NCBI GenBank assembly: GCA_937991645.1
Contig: CALKPL010000025.1
Span: 128,852-192,851 of the forward strand
Direction of reading: 5' to 3'
Source: an uncultured Clostridia bacterium
Lineage (GTDB): Bacteria; Bacillota; Clostridia; Oscillospirales; UMGS1783
Length of the DNA stretch: 64,000 nt
Each line of letters begins with the position of its first letter. Positions within the stretch are counted from its first letter, which is position 1. A program made the translations under genes and the position numbers. The notes under the pieces are model-generated. The model worked only from the letters and a program-made list of their open reading frames with translations. It was not told the DNA's origin and did not search any database. Below are positions 48,100-57,871 of the stretch, one piece after another.

Positions 48100-49071
48100 A
48101 TGAAAAAGGCAAAAAAATTATGGGCATTGCTATTATGTATGCTGCTTTGCGTTGGACTTTTACCGACAACGGTTTTTGCGACGGGTGATCCCGTAATTAC
48201 AAATCTTACTGTAACCCGCGATAGCGAAACGACGGCGACCATCACCTTTGACAGCACCCAGGCCGGGAGTGTCGCCATAGGCTTTAAGAATAGCGATGGG
48301 ACACTCGAGCTTTATATAGGTGACAAGGATGGCGTTACTGTCGGCAAAAACGTCATACAATATGAATATTTAGAGGGTTCGGACGCAAAGGAAATCGCCG
48401 TTTATTTTGGAACGGACGAAAGCGATTTTGATGCTTTCATGTTCGAAGGAAAAACTCCGTTCGATATGCCTGATTCGGTAAGGGGAAACGTCCCTGTCGT
48501 TCATACCTGTACGGCGCAGGGAGACTGGCAGTATGACCCATATAACCATTGGAAACTCTGCGGAGTCTGCAATAACAAAGTAGATGAGGCTGCTCACTCC
48601 GGCGGTACGGCTACCTGCACAGCTCCGGCAGTTTGTGAAACATGCCAGCAGGCCTATGGTTCTGCAAATTCTGACAATCATACCGGCAAAATCGTGTGGA
48701 CACAGACAGAGACCACCCATTCCAGCGCATATGATTGCTGTGGTGCAGCAGTAGTTGCTGAGGAATCCCATACTTATGAATGGGTAACAGACAAGGAGCC
48801 TACCGCGACAGAGGCGGGCTCACGGCACGAGGAATGCAAGGTCTGCGGCTATGTAGGAGCAACAGAGACGATAGCGGCAACCGGAACGACGGAAACACCG
48901 TCTGACACCGACCAAACGGAAGAAACGCCGTCCGACGATACGACGGACGATAAAACCATACCGGAAACCGGGGATACCAGCAACCTTGCCCTTTGGATTA
49001 CACTTCTCGTATTGGCAAGCGTCGGCATGATTGGAACGACCGTTCTTTCCAGAAAGCACAGGATAAACTAA
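48100..49071 (+). CDS. sortase-anchored cell-surface protein with Cys/His-rich repeats
   Basis: Signal peptide MKKAKKLWALLLCMLLCVGLLPTTVFA. The C-terminal sorting signal is IPETGD, a hydrophobic segment, then RKHR. Central repeats follow the pattern H..W..CGVC / ATCT....CETC / HTYEW....PT...G....CKVCG. Markedly lower GC than neighbours. SD AGGAGG precedes ATG 48100. Confidence 0.75.
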   Translation: MKKAKKLWALLLCMLLCVGLLPTTVFATGDPVITNLTVTRDSETTATITFDSTQAGSVAIGFKNSDGTLELYIGDKDGVTVGKNVIQYEYLEGSDAKEIAVYFGTDESDFDAFMFEGKTPFDMPDSVRGNVPVVHTCTAQGDWQYDPYNHWKLCGVCNNKVDEAAHSGGTATCTAPAVCETCQQAYGSANSDNHTGKIVWTQTETTHSSAYDCCGAAVVAEESHTYEWVTDKEPTATEAGSRHEECKVCGYVGATETIAATGTTETPSDTDQTEETPSDDTTDDKTIPETGDTSNLALWITLLVLASVGMIGTTVLSRKHRIN

Positions 49072-49075
49072 TGAC

Positions 49076-49115
49076 CAAAAACAAAACCGGCTCTGTTGAG
49101 CCGGTTTTGTTTTTG
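49076..49115. terminator. bidirectional rho-independent terminator
   Basis: 13-bp stem ACAAAACCGGCTC/GAGCCGGTTTTGT flanked by an A-run and a T-run. Confidence 0.8.
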
Positions 49116-49288
49116 CACCAGTTCCCATATATTATATTATAATAAAAAACAAAAGGTCGGTCAGCTTGACAAAACACGATAAAAAGCAAATTGTCTTTCC
49201 CTGCAGATCAAGAACGTGTAATGCGTCGAAAAATGTATTATGCAGGGGCCAGCCATGTTTGATAGCACATAGGTCGGAACGGTATGGG

Positions 49289-50452
49289 TTAATCCACATC
49301 GTCGCGCGCATCGTCGTCCCGGTGTCGGCCGCGCTTTGCCGCTCTGTGCGGTTTTGGTCTCTCTTGTTCAGGCAGGCTCTTCCATGCGCGAATATATCCC
49401 TCCTCCTTGAGCATCTTGATAAACATAATGGAGATGGGGAAGACAAAAATACCGAACAGGCCTAGAATTTTTCCGCCGATATAAATACTGATCAGCACAA
49501 CAAGCGGATGCAGGCCGATTTGTTTTCCCACAATTTTGGGTTCAATGGTATTGCGCACAATACCAATAACAATGCTTGTAATAAGAAGTCCAATCCCCAA
49601 CGAGATATTGTGCAGCGCAATGGAGATCACACCCCACGGAATCAGGATAGTGCTGCAGCCGACGTAGGGCAGAACGTCGAAAATTGTAATCAGCAGGGCA
49701 AGCAGTACGGCATAGTTTAGCTTGAGTATGGAAAATGAAAGTAGGAGTTCGCAGAAGGTAATGCACATAATCAGCCCATAGGCGCGTACAAATTTGCCGA
49801 TGGTGCCGCCGATAAAGTTGCGCACAAGCACGTATTTTGAGTAATAGCGCGTCGGCAGCTGATAGGAGAGGAAAGAGCGTACGTTTTCGTAGTCGCTGCA
49901 CAGGAAGACTGAAGACAGAACGGTAACAAGCATGAACAGCAGTACGGACGGCAGTTTCAGGGCGATGTTTGTGGCGAAATTTACAATGGACCCTGCGATA
50001 TTCGTCGTAAAGTTAATAATGGATTTTGTGATGGAATCAATCGACGAATCCAGCAGACTGGTTGCGGTTCCGTTAAAGGAGGCGTACAGGCCTTCCAGCC
50101 ATATCTCTATCTGGTCGGCCACCGACTGGATGACGTGAGATATATCTCCCATATTCCCAAGCAGGGTAATCGCTTCCCGCGTGAGCAAGTACAGAATCAG
50201 CAGAATCAGCGCGATCATTACGGCCCAGAACAACAGTGCTACGCCGATCCCTACGATACTGGCCTTTATCCTCGTTTTTTTCGCGATCCATCGGATCAGC
50301 GGATGCAACGCCGCCGCAACGAGCAGGGAAATGATGAAAGGCGCAAGATATCCCAGCGCGTATTTGAACGCGAGATAAATAAGCGCTATAATCGCGGCGA
50401 TATAGAGCAGATTGATCAGAAACGCCTTTCTGTGTGAAACCTTTCTGTCCAT
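49289..50452 (-). CDS. ytvI: sporulation integral membrane protein YtvI (AI-2E transporter family)
   Basis: Polytopic membrane protein of about 370 aa with the AI-2E/PerM-like pattern (LLPYVG..., GLHPLVVLISIYIG). Basic C-terminal tail. Confidence 0.8.
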   Translation of the reverse strand: MDRKVSHRKAFLINLLYIAAIIALIYLAFKYALGYLAPFIISLLVAAALHPLIRWIAKKTRIKASIVGIGVALLFWAVMIALILLILYLLTREAITLLGNMGDISHVIQSVADQIEIWLEGLYASFNGTATSLLDSSIDSITKSIINFTTNIAGSIVNFATNIALKLPSVLLFMLVTVLSSVFLCSDYENVRSFLSYQLPTRYYSKYVLVRNFIGGTIGKFVRAYGLIMCITFCELLLSFSILKLNYAVLLALLITIFDVLPYVGCSTILIPWGVISIALHNISLGIGLLITSIVIGIVRNTIEPKIVGKQIGLHPLVVLISIYIGGKILGLFGIFVFPISIMFIKMLKEEGYIRAWKSLPEQERPKPHRAAKRGRHRDDDARDDVD

Positions 50453-50512
50453 AGAAAGCCCCTTTTTCCTTTTTTCGTTTATATTTTTTGACTTTTGGCA
50501 AATGCTATATCC

Positions 50513-50863
50513 ATGAAAAAGAAATTGACATTGATCGGGCTCGTCACCGGGCTTGTCAACGGCCTACTGGGCGGCGCTGCGGGTTTAATCTGCGTCCCAC
50601 TCATCAAGGCTGCCATGAAAGAGGAAAACAAGGCGCATGCGTACACGGTCGTGACAGTGCTCGCTGCGTCATTTGTGAGCGCCATAACTTATTTATTGGC
50701 AGGAAATCTGGATTTTAATCAGGCTCTGCCATATATAATTGGCGGCGTTATCGCCGCGCCTATCGGGGTAAAGCTGTTGCGGAAAATCAACTCGACTGTA
50801 CTGAGCAAGCTGTTTGCCCTGTTTCTATTGTACTGTTCGATAAGGATGTTGATACATGCTTGA
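50513..50863 (+). CDS. TSUP (TauE/SafE) family transporter, half-size N-terminal-type subunit
   Basis: 116 aa with about 4 TM segments and a GxxxGLLGGAAG motif typical of TSUP repeat units. There is no obvious SD; TTG 50495 is an alternative start. Confidence 0.7.
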   Translation: MKKKLTLIGLVTGLVNGLLGGAAGLICVPLIKAAMKEENKAHAYTVVTVLAASFVSAITYLLAGNLDFNQALPYIIGGVIAAPIGVKLLRKINSTVLSKLFALFLLYCSIRMLIHA

Positions 50864-51308
50864 AGGAATAATCGGTTTTCTGGCTGGAATCATCAGCAGC
50901 ATGGGTTTTGGCGGCGGTTCGATCCTGCTCGTCTATCTCACGTTGTTCGCCGGCGTTTCCCAAAAGGAGGCTGCAGGGATAAACCTAATCTATTTTCTGC
51001 CCTGTGCAGCGGCGGCCACCTTTTTCTTTTTCAAAACAAAATTCATAGAAAAAGAGCCGGTCATCCGGCTCGCAATCTGTTCCGCAATCGGCGCTGTCGC
51101 CGGTTCGGTCGGTGCAATATTCATAGACGATAAGATAATCCGCATCGTATTTGCCGTCGTTCTCCTCGGTGTAGGACTTAAAGAGCTGTTTTCAAAGCCG
51201 AAAAAAAAGCCGCCGCAAGAACAAATGCAGCGGCAGGCGCCCGGTAATGTGGAGCAGGCTTCGGCGGTCACTCCCGAAAACGAACGGGATAAACGTTATA
51301 ACCCTTAA
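50856..51308 (+). CDS. TSUP (TauE/SafE) family transporter, half-size second subunit
   Basis: 150 aa with about 4 TM segments and an MGFGGGSILLV motif. It overlaps the upstream half by 8 nt and has a polar C-terminal tail. Confidence 0.7.
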   Translation: MLEGIIGFLAGIISSMGFGGGSILLVYLTLFAGVSQKEAAGINLIYFLPCAAAATFFFFKTKFIEKEPVIRLAICSAIGAVAGSVGAIFIDDKIIRIVFAVVLLGVGLKELFSKPKKKPPQEQMQRQAPGNVEQASAVTPENERDKRYNP

Positions 51309-51310
51309 AT

Positions 51311-51748
51311 TTACAAATCGATTTCCGCTTCGCTCCGGCCTTTCTGCGCGTCGATATAACCCTGTAGTATAACCGTTGCCGCTACAGCGTCAACGGTTTC
51401 TTTGCGCTTGTTTCCCCTCGTGTCGGTCATATTCAGGACTGCGTGCGCATAGCCGGACGTCAACCGCTCGTCAAAATAGACGACGGGCAATCCAGTGCGT
51501 TCTTCCAGTAGCCGGCCAAACTCCCGCGTTTTTTCCGCGCGGAACCCTTCGCTGCCGTTCATATTCCGGGGAAGCCCAACTACGAGCCGTTCGGCTTTTT
51601 CGCGCGCCGCAATGCTGCGGATTTCCTCAGCGGCCGCATTCGGGTCGTTTTTGCGGACGGTTTCCAAAGGCGTTGCGATGGGATAACGCGTGTCCAGTTT
51701 AGCTACGCCCGTTCGCGCGTCGCCAAAGTCTATGCCCAAAAGAATCAT
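51311..51748 (-). CDS. ruvX: Holliday junction resolvase-like RuvX (YqgF)
   Basis: Begins MILLGIDFGDARTGVA, with DERLTS and the GYID end motif. ATG 51748 is preferred over the ORF-track start. Confidence 0.9.
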   Translation of the reverse strand: MILLGIDFGDARTGVAKLDTRYPIATPLETVRKNDPNAAAEEIRSIAAREKAERLVVGLPRNMNGSEGFRAEKTREFGRLLEERTGLPVVYFDERLTSGYAHAVLNMTDTRGNKRKETVDAVAATVILQGYIDAQKGRSEAEIDL

Positions 51749-51906
51749 ATATACCGCTCCTTTTTTGTATGTTTTATTATACATATTTTCATATCGGAAT
51801 TCAACAGAGATCGCCTGAATCAATTCTTTATTTTATTTGCCAAATACAGCCTTTTTTGATATAATATAAAAATCAATATGGATTTGAAATAACGGGAAAG
51901 GGGCGC

Positions 51907-52107
51907 TTGGCGGTGGATATACAGGTGGGGGATCGCGTACAGATGAAAAAAGCGCATCCCTGCGGCGGCGCTGTGTTTCAAGTCCTGCGCGTAGGGCTGG
52001 ACTATAAACTGCGCTGTGAAAAGTGCGGAAGGGAAATCATGGCCCCGCGCATCAAGATCGCGAAATACATCAAGAAAGTACTGAAAAAGGAAGAAGATAA
52101 TGCTTGA
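51907..52107 (+). CDS. DUF951-family small protein
   Basis: 66 aa with a KKAHPCG...C.KCG zinc-ribbon-like pattern. TTG start. It overlaps the prfA start by 8 nt. Confidence 0.65.
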   Translation: MAVDIQVGDRVQMKKAHPCGGAVFQVLRVGLDYKLRCEKCGREIMAPRIKIAKYIKKVLKKEEDNA

Positions 52108-53170
52108 AAAGCTGGACAGTATCGCGCAAAAATTTGATGAGATTACCGAGCGGCTTGCGGACCCTGCCGTCGTAACGGACCAGGACCTGTATAAACGGCT
52201 CATGAAGGAGCATAAGAACCTCTCGCCGATTGTGGAGAAGTACCGCGAGTACAAACAGATCCAGGCGAACTATGCAGAGGCGGAAGAACTGTTAAAAGAG
52301 CCGCTTGATAAGGATTTTAAGGACATGGTCCAGGCGGAATATTTTGAGGCAAAGGATAAGCTTGCGCGCCTGGAAGACGAACTGAAAATTCTGCTGCTTC
52401 CGAAGGACGAGGACGACGATAAGAGCGCCATTGTGGAAATCCGCGCGGGCGTCGGCGGCGAGGAGGCGACCTTGTTTGCAAATTCGCTGTACCGTATGTA
52501 TACGATGTATGCAGAGACGCACGGATATAAAATAGACGTCCTGTCTTTAAACCAGACAGAGCTTGGCGGTATAAAGGAAATCACCTTTCTGGTCGAGGGG
52601 GACAGCGTATACAGCCGCTTGAAGTTTGAGAGCGGTACGCACCGAGTCCAGCGCGTTCCCGAAACAGAATCATCCGGCAGGATCCACACATCCGCCGTCA
52701 CAGTCGCAGTACTGCCTGAGGCGGAAGAGGTAGAAATTGAAATCAACCCAAATGATTTGCAGATCGAGACCTACCGCGCAAGCGGCGCCGGCGGCCAGCA
52801 CGTCAATAAGACGTCCTCCGCCATTCGGATTACCCATTTGCCGACGGGGCTTGTCGTGGAATGCCAGGACGAACGCAGTCAGTTCAAGAACAAGGACAAG
52901 GCGATGAAGATCCTGCGCTCCCGCCTGTACAATATGAAGCAGAAGGAGCAGGCGGATAAAATTTCGGCTGAACGCAAGGACCAGGTGGGCAGCGGAGACC
53001 GCAGCGAGCGGATTCGAACCTACAATTTCCCCCAGGGCCGCGTAACCGACCACCGAATCGGGATGACGATTTATCGCCTGGAGGAGTTTTTAAACGGGGA
53101 TATTGACGAGATGCTGAACGCCCTGATCGCAAACGCGCAGGCAGAAAAGCTCAAAGCGGCGATTGATTAA
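52100..53170 (+). CDS. prfA: peptide chain release factor 1
   Basis: PET-type (RF1 PxT) tripeptide anticodon motif within [10 protein letters not shown] and the GGQ motif [11 protein letters not shown]. Confidence 0.95.
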   Translation: MLEKLDSIAQKFDEITERLADPAVVTDQDLYKRLMKEHKNLSPIVEKYREYKQIQANYAEAEELLKEPLDKDFKDMVQAEYFEAKDKLARLEDELKILLLPKDEDDDKSAIVEIRAGVGGEEATLFANSLYRMYTMYAETHGYKIDVLSLNQTELGGIKEITFLVEGDSVYSRLKFESGTHRVQRVPETESSGRIHTSAVTVAVLPEAEEVEIEINPNDLQIETYRASGAGGQHVNKTSSAIRITHLPTGLVVECQDERSQFKNKDKAMKILRSRLYNMKQKEQADKISAERKDQVGSGDRSERIRTYNFPQGRVTDHRIGMTIYRLEEFLNGDIDEMLNALIANAQAEKLKAAID

Positions 53171-53216
53171 GTAATGCGCCCGCATTTTCCTGAATATAGT
53201 GTTTTATAAAAGGGAA

Positions 53217-53984
53217 ATGGGGGGTATCGCTGTGAATTACTGCATACGCGTGATGCTTTACGGCATGTTCTGCGGCGTATTCGGCACGGCACTCGGCGGC
53301 GTAATCGCCGTGTTTATCCGAAAGCATACCGATCGGCTCATGGGATTTCTGCTCGAGTTTTCAGCCGGGCTGATGGTCGGCGTTTCCGTATTCAATCTCA
53401 TCCCGAACGCGATGGAGCTGACCTCGGTATGGATTGTTCTGCTCGGTGTTTTAGCCGGGATTCTGCTGTCCATGCTGCTGCAGAACAAGTTGAAGTTCTC
53501 TGAGAAAAAACCGCTACGGGGCGCGAGCAGCCGATCTTTCCAGCTCATGCGTACCGGGATTTTTGTTGCAATCGGTATCGCTCTGCACAATTTTCCGGAA
53601 GGTCTTGCCATTGGCGTGGGGTTTGGCGCTTCGCATGCGATCGGCCTTTCTCTGCTGCTGACGATTATGATTCACGATGTCCCGGAGGGGATTGCGATGG
53701 CGCTGCCTTTGCGCGAGGGCGGCGTTTCCAGATGGAAAGCGGTTGGCATAACAGTCCTCTCCGGAATCCCGACAGGACTCGGCGCCTATATAGGCGCATA
53801 TCTCGGGTATATATCAGAAAACATCATCGGCGTATTTCTCGCCGTTGCCGCGGGGACGATGCTCTTTATTTCCATTGGAGATCTCATTCCCGAATCCAAG
53901 ACCATCTATAAGGGCAGGCTGCCGTCGTTCGGCAATATATTAGGGCTTTTGTGCGGATTTGTTATATCCGTACTCATTGTATGA
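53217..53984 (+). CDS. ZIP-family metal (zinc) transporter
   Basis: HNFPEGLAIG and HDVPEGIAM motifs in TM helices. The start is uncertain (53199, 53217 or GTG 53232). Confidence 0.8.
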   Translation: MGGIAVNYCIRVMLYGMFCGVFGTALGGVIAVFIRKHTDRLMGFLLEFSAGLMVGVSVFNLIPNAMELTSVWIVLLGVLAGILLSMLLQNKLKFSEKKPLRGASSRSFQLMRTGIFVAIGIALHNFPEGLAIGVGFGASHAIGLSLLLTIMIHDVPEGIAMALPLREGGVSRWKAVGITVLSGIPTGLGAYIGAYLGYISENIIGVFLAVAAGTMLFISIGDLIPESKTIYKGRLPSFGNILGLLCGFVISVLIV

Positions 53985-54006
53985 TTACGAAAAAGCGGGT
54001 TGTTAT

Positions 54007-55032
54007 ATGGAAACGCAGATTGTATCTGCTTCACAAGCAAATATCGCGCGAGCCGCGGCAATACTCCGGCAGGGAGGTCTTGTCGCTGTCCCTACGGAGA
54101 CAGTGTACGGCCTTGCGGCAAACGCGCTGGACCCTGCGGCCGCCGCGCGTATCTATGCGGCAAAGGGCCGTCCGTCCGATAATCCACTCATTGTACATAT
54201 TTCGGATACGTCGGAGCTTGCGCCGCTTGTTCGCCAGGTGCCGGATATCTGCCGCGTCCTTGCGCAACAGTTCTGGCCGGGTCCGCTTACCATCGTACTG
54301 CCAGCCTCGGCCGCCGTTCCCAAGCAGGTAACCGGCGGTCTGGATACAGTTGCCGTCCGTTGTCCTGCGCATCCGGTCGCACGGGCCGTCATCCGGGCCG
54401 CAGGTCTTCCGCTTGCGGCGCCCTCCGCGAACTCTTCCGGCAGACCCAGCCCGACCACAGCGGCGCATGTGTATGCAGACCTGCACGGGAAGATCCCCAT
54501 GATTCTGGACGCCGGCCCCTGTGAAATCGGAGTAGAAAGCACGGTCCTCTCCCTGGCCGGGGAACATCCAACCGTGCTGCGGCCCGGCGGCGTGAGTGTG
54601 GACAGGCTGGAGGCAGTTATCGGGCCGGTTGCGGTATCCGGCGCCGTGTTTGCGCCCATGGCGGACGACGATGCTCCCATGGCGCCCGGAATGAAATACC
54701 GTCACTATGCGCCGCGAGCGCCCATTACGCTGTTTTCCGGGCCGGATGACGCTGTTATACGCCGTATCAACAGCTTGGCGGACAGCCGGACCGGGATCCT
54801 CTGTTTCAATGGGGAAGAGCGTTTATTTTCAGCGGGCGCGCCCGTGCCCTACGGCGACAGGGACGACCCCTTGGATTTGTCCCACAACCTTTTTTCGGCG
54901 CTGCGCCGGTTTGACGATCTGGGCGTTTGTCGTATTTACGGTCGTATGTGCCTGCAGGACGGCGCATTTTTGGGCGTAGCCAACCGGCTTTTGAAGGCGG
55001 CGGGATTTCATATGGAAAAAGTTGATAGATGA
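54007..55032 (+). CDS. tsaC: L-threonylcarbamoyladenylate synthase (Sua5/YwlC long form)
   Basis: The LRQGGLVAVPTETVYGLAANA motif, SANSSGRPSPT, and a C-terminal Sua5 domain. ATG 54007 is preferred. Confidence 0.9.
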   Translation: METQIVSASQANIARAAAILRQGGLVAVPTETVYGLAANALDPAAAARIYAAKGRPSDNPLIVHISDTSELAPLVRQVPDICRVLAQQFWPGPLTIVLPASAAVPKQVTGGLDTVAVRCPAHPVARAVIRAAGLPLAAPSANSSGRPSPTTAAHVYADLHGKIPMILDAGPCEIGVESTVLSLAGEHPTVLRPGGVSVDRLEAVIGPVAVSGAVFAPMADDDAPMAPGMKYRHYAPRAPITLFSGPDDAVIRRINSLADSRTGILCFNGEERLFSAGAPVPYGDRDDPLDLSHNLFSALRRFDDLGVCRIYGRMCLQDGAFLGVANRLLKAAGFHMEKVDR

Positions 55033-55042
55033 GGGATAGACT

Positions 55043-55651
55043 ATGAAAGTCATAGGCCTGACCGGCGGTTCGGGAGCAGGCAAAAGCGAAGTTTCCCGTT
55101 ATATGCAGAATCGCTATGGCGTCGTTCATATCGACGGCGATACAATCGCGCGCCATGTGACGGATACGCGCAGGGACTGTCTGGACGAGCTTACCGACCA
55201 TTTTGGCGCTGCAATTTTGAATCCGGACGGTACGCTCAATCGTAAGGCGCTCGCCGCGTTAGCGTTTTCGAGCGGGGAACAGACTGCGGCTCTCAACCGG
55301 ATCACGCATAAATACATAACTCGGGAGATCAACAGCCTGATCGCGCGCAGCAGGAGCGCAGGCGCGCCGGCTGTCGCGGTAGACGGCGCTGCGATCATTG
55401 AGAGCGGCACGGCGCGGGACTGCGACGCAGTGATTGCCGTTATCGCACCGTATGCGCGCCGATTGCGGGCGATTATGGCGCGCGACGGCATTGACGAAGC
55501 GCAGGCCCGCCAACGGCTGGATGCGCAGAAACCGGATGCATGGTACACGGCGCACGCCGATTACACGATTGAAAACACGGGCACGCTTGAAGCGCTGCAA
55601 AGGCAGGTCGATATGGTAATGAACGGCATTTTAAAACCGGAGGATTCATAA
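55043..55651 (+). CDS. coaE: dephospho-CoA kinase
   Basis: Begins MKVIGLTGGSGAGKS (P-loop), about 200 aa. Confidence 0.9.
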   Translation: MKVIGLTGGSGAGKSEVSRYMQNRYGVVHIDGDTIARHVTDTRRDCLDELTDHFGAAILNPDGTLNRKALAALAFSSGEQTAALNRITHKYITREINSLIARSRSAGAPAVAVDGAAIIESGTARDCDAVIAVIAPYARRLRAIMARDGIDEAQARQRLDAQKPDAWYTAHADYTIENTGTLEALQRQVDMVMNGILKPEDS

Positions 55652-55655
55652 TTTC

Positions 55656-56249
55656 ATGGCGTATTCCAGAAAAAAGCGCGGAATAAAGGCTGCGCTGTCC
55701 TATATTTTTGTAACCCTGCTGTTTATCTTCGTCGTCGGGGGCATTATAAATATAGCGCTGCGCGCCTATTATCCCTTAAAATATGAGGAACAGATTCTTG
55801 CGTATGCCGCTGAGCATGAGCTTGATCCTAGCCTGGTCGCGGCGGTGATTCACACAGAAAGCCGTTTTCGGCCGGACTCGGCGTCCAGTATGGGCGCGTA
55901 TGGGCTGATGCAGATCACGCCCGACACTTTATACTGGATAGCGGAAAAGAACGGGGAGACGGTTACGGGAACGGCGGAAGACGTCCTGCTTGATCCTGCG
56001 CAGAATATCAGGTACGGCTGTATGATTCTCAGCCAGCACTTGCAGGAATTCGGTTCAACAGAAACAGCTCTGGCAGCATATAACGCAGGCCGCAGCCGTA
56101 TTATAAGCTGGTTGCAGAACAGCGATATTTCCAGCGACGGCGTGGATCTGCACAATATACCTTATCCGGAGACGGAACAATACGTAAAAAAAGTGACGTA
56201 CGCGCAAAAAATTTACCAAATTTTATATCACATAGGAGGTTCATCATGA
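55656..56249 (+). CDS. membrane-anchored lytic transglycosylase (SLT domain)
   Basis: N-terminal TM segment, catalytic ES in IHTESRF, then GLMQITPDT and AAYNAG. Confidence 0.8.
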   Translation: MAYSRKKRGIKAALSYIFVTLLFIFVVGGIINIALRAYYPLKYEEQILAYAAEHELDPSLVAAVIHTESRFRPDSASSMGAYGLMQITPDTLYWIAEKNGETVTGTAEDVLLDPAQNIRYGCMILSQHLQEFGSTETALAAYNAGRSRIISWLQNSDISSDGVDLHNIPYPETEQYVKKVTYAQKIYQILYHIGGSS

Positions 56250-57643
56250 AGACAAACGGCGAACAGCTCAAGGAAAAATTGTTTTATGCACCCCAAAACG
56301 CGTATGCGCGCGTAGACGACCAGACGGTTGCGGCGTGCATGAAATACGCGGAAAACTACAAGGCGTTTATGAATAGCTGCAAAACGGAACGGGAATGCGT
56401 TTCCGTTACGATTGAAATGCTGGAGGAAAGCGGATTTATCCCGTTTGAGTATGGGAAAAAATATGCGCCTGGTACGAAAATTTATTTTAACAACCGCGAC
56501 CGTGCGCTCGTATTCGCCGTCATTGGCCAGCGTTCCCTGGCTGATGGCGTCAATATTGCCGCCGCGCATATTGACAGCCCGCGGCTCGACCTGAAACCCG
56601 CTCCTGTTTATGAGGATACGGAACTGTGCCTGATGAAGACGCACTACTACGGCGGCGTAAAAAAATATCAGTGGACGGCCATTCCGCTCGCATTGCACGG
56701 CGTGATCGTAAAAAAGGACGGAACCAAGATCAACGTCAAAATCGGCGAATGTGAATCCGACCCGATTTTCTGCATCACCGACCTGCTTCCACACCTTTCC
56801 AAAGAACAGTATAAACGTGATCTTCGTGAAGCGATCCCGGGCGAAGCGCTCAACGTCCTCGTCGGCAGCCGCCCGTTTTTGGACGATAAGGTGTCCGAGC
56901 GCGTCAAACTCAATATCCTCCAGATATTGTTTGAAAAGTACGACGTTGTGGAGGAGGATCTGTTTTCCGCAGAGCTTATGGCGGTGCCTGCCTTTAAGGC
57001 GCAGGATCTCGGTTTTGACCGGTCCATGATCGGCGCATATGGACACGATGATAAGGTCTGCGCCTATCCCTGTCTGACCGGCTTGCTTGCTTCGGATGAT
57101 TCGGGCAAAACCCTCATCTCCGTTCTTGCCGATAAAGAGGAGATCGGTTCAACCGGCAATACGGGCCTGCATGCCGACTACCTGAAAAATTTTATTCTGG
57201 ACCTGTGCCGTTCTGCGGGTGTAAACGAGTTGCAGTGCCTGCATAATTCCAAGTGCCTGTCGGCAGACGTAAACGCGGGATTCGATCCGACCTATCCGGA
57301 GCCTATGGAGAAGCGAAACTCCTCCTATCTGAACTATGGTACAATTATTACAAAATACACTGGCTCCGGCGGAAAGTCCGCCACGTCTGACGCCAGTGCG
57401 GAATTCTTCGCAAACGTCCGCAATATCCTCGATGAAGCGGGGGTTATCTGGCAGTCCGGCGAACTGGGGAAGGTGGACGCCGGCGGCGGCGGGACAGTGG
57501 CAAAGTTTATTGCGGATCTCGATATCGACGTCGTTGACCTGGGCGTTCCCGTACTCTCCATGCATGCGCCTTTTGAGGTTATCAGCAAAATGGACCTGTA
57601 TATGACGCATAGGGCAGTGGAGGCATTTTTCAAAAAAGGCTGA
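56246..57643 (+). CDS. M18-family aminopeptidase
   Basis: AAHIDSPRLDLKP, GAYGHDDKVC, EEIGS and the SMHAP motif. Confidence 0.85.
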   Translation: MKTNGEQLKEKLFYAPQNAYARVDDQTVAACMKYAENYKAFMNSCKTERECVSVTIEMLEESGFIPFEYGKKYAPGTKIYFNNRDRALVFAVIGQRSLADGVNIAAAHIDSPRLDLKPAPVYEDTELCLMKTHYYGGVKKYQWTAIPLALHGVIVKKDGTKINVKIGECESDPIFCITDLLPHLSKEQYKRDLREAIPGEALNVLVGSRPFLDDKVSERVKLNILQILFEKYDVVEEDLFSAELMAVPAFKAQDLGFDRSMIGAYGHDDKVCAYPCLTGLLASDDSGKTLISVLADKEEIGSTGNTGLHADYLKNFILDLCRSAGVNELQCLHNSKCLSADVNAGFDPTYPEPMEKRNSSYLNYGTIITKYTGSGGKSATSDASAEFFANVRNILDEAGVIWQSGELGKVDAGGGGTVAKFIADLDIDVVDLGVPVLSMHAPFEVISKMDLYMTHRAVEAFFKKG

Positions 57644-57691
57644 CCAGGACGCTGCGTAAGCGCCGTTCTCATATTCAAATCATTTTATCTT

Positions 57692-57735
57692 GGCAGGACA
57701 GCTTGACTATATATGCTGTCCTGCTTTCTCTCTTT
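57692..57735 (+). terminator. rho-independent terminator after aminopeptidase gene
   Basis: Stem GCAGGACAGC/GCTGTCCTGC with a 12-nt loop, followed by TTTCTCTCTTTT. Confidence 0.7.
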
Positions 57736-57871
57736 TATGGAGGTCTTGCTCTATGTTTGTTCCTATTTTTCAATGCTGTTTTGCAGCCAAGCGCTTTTTC
57801 ATGAAAAGTAGAAAAAGACACAATTTTAATTTATACTAAGAACAGCCAATCATATATCATGTGGTGATCTT

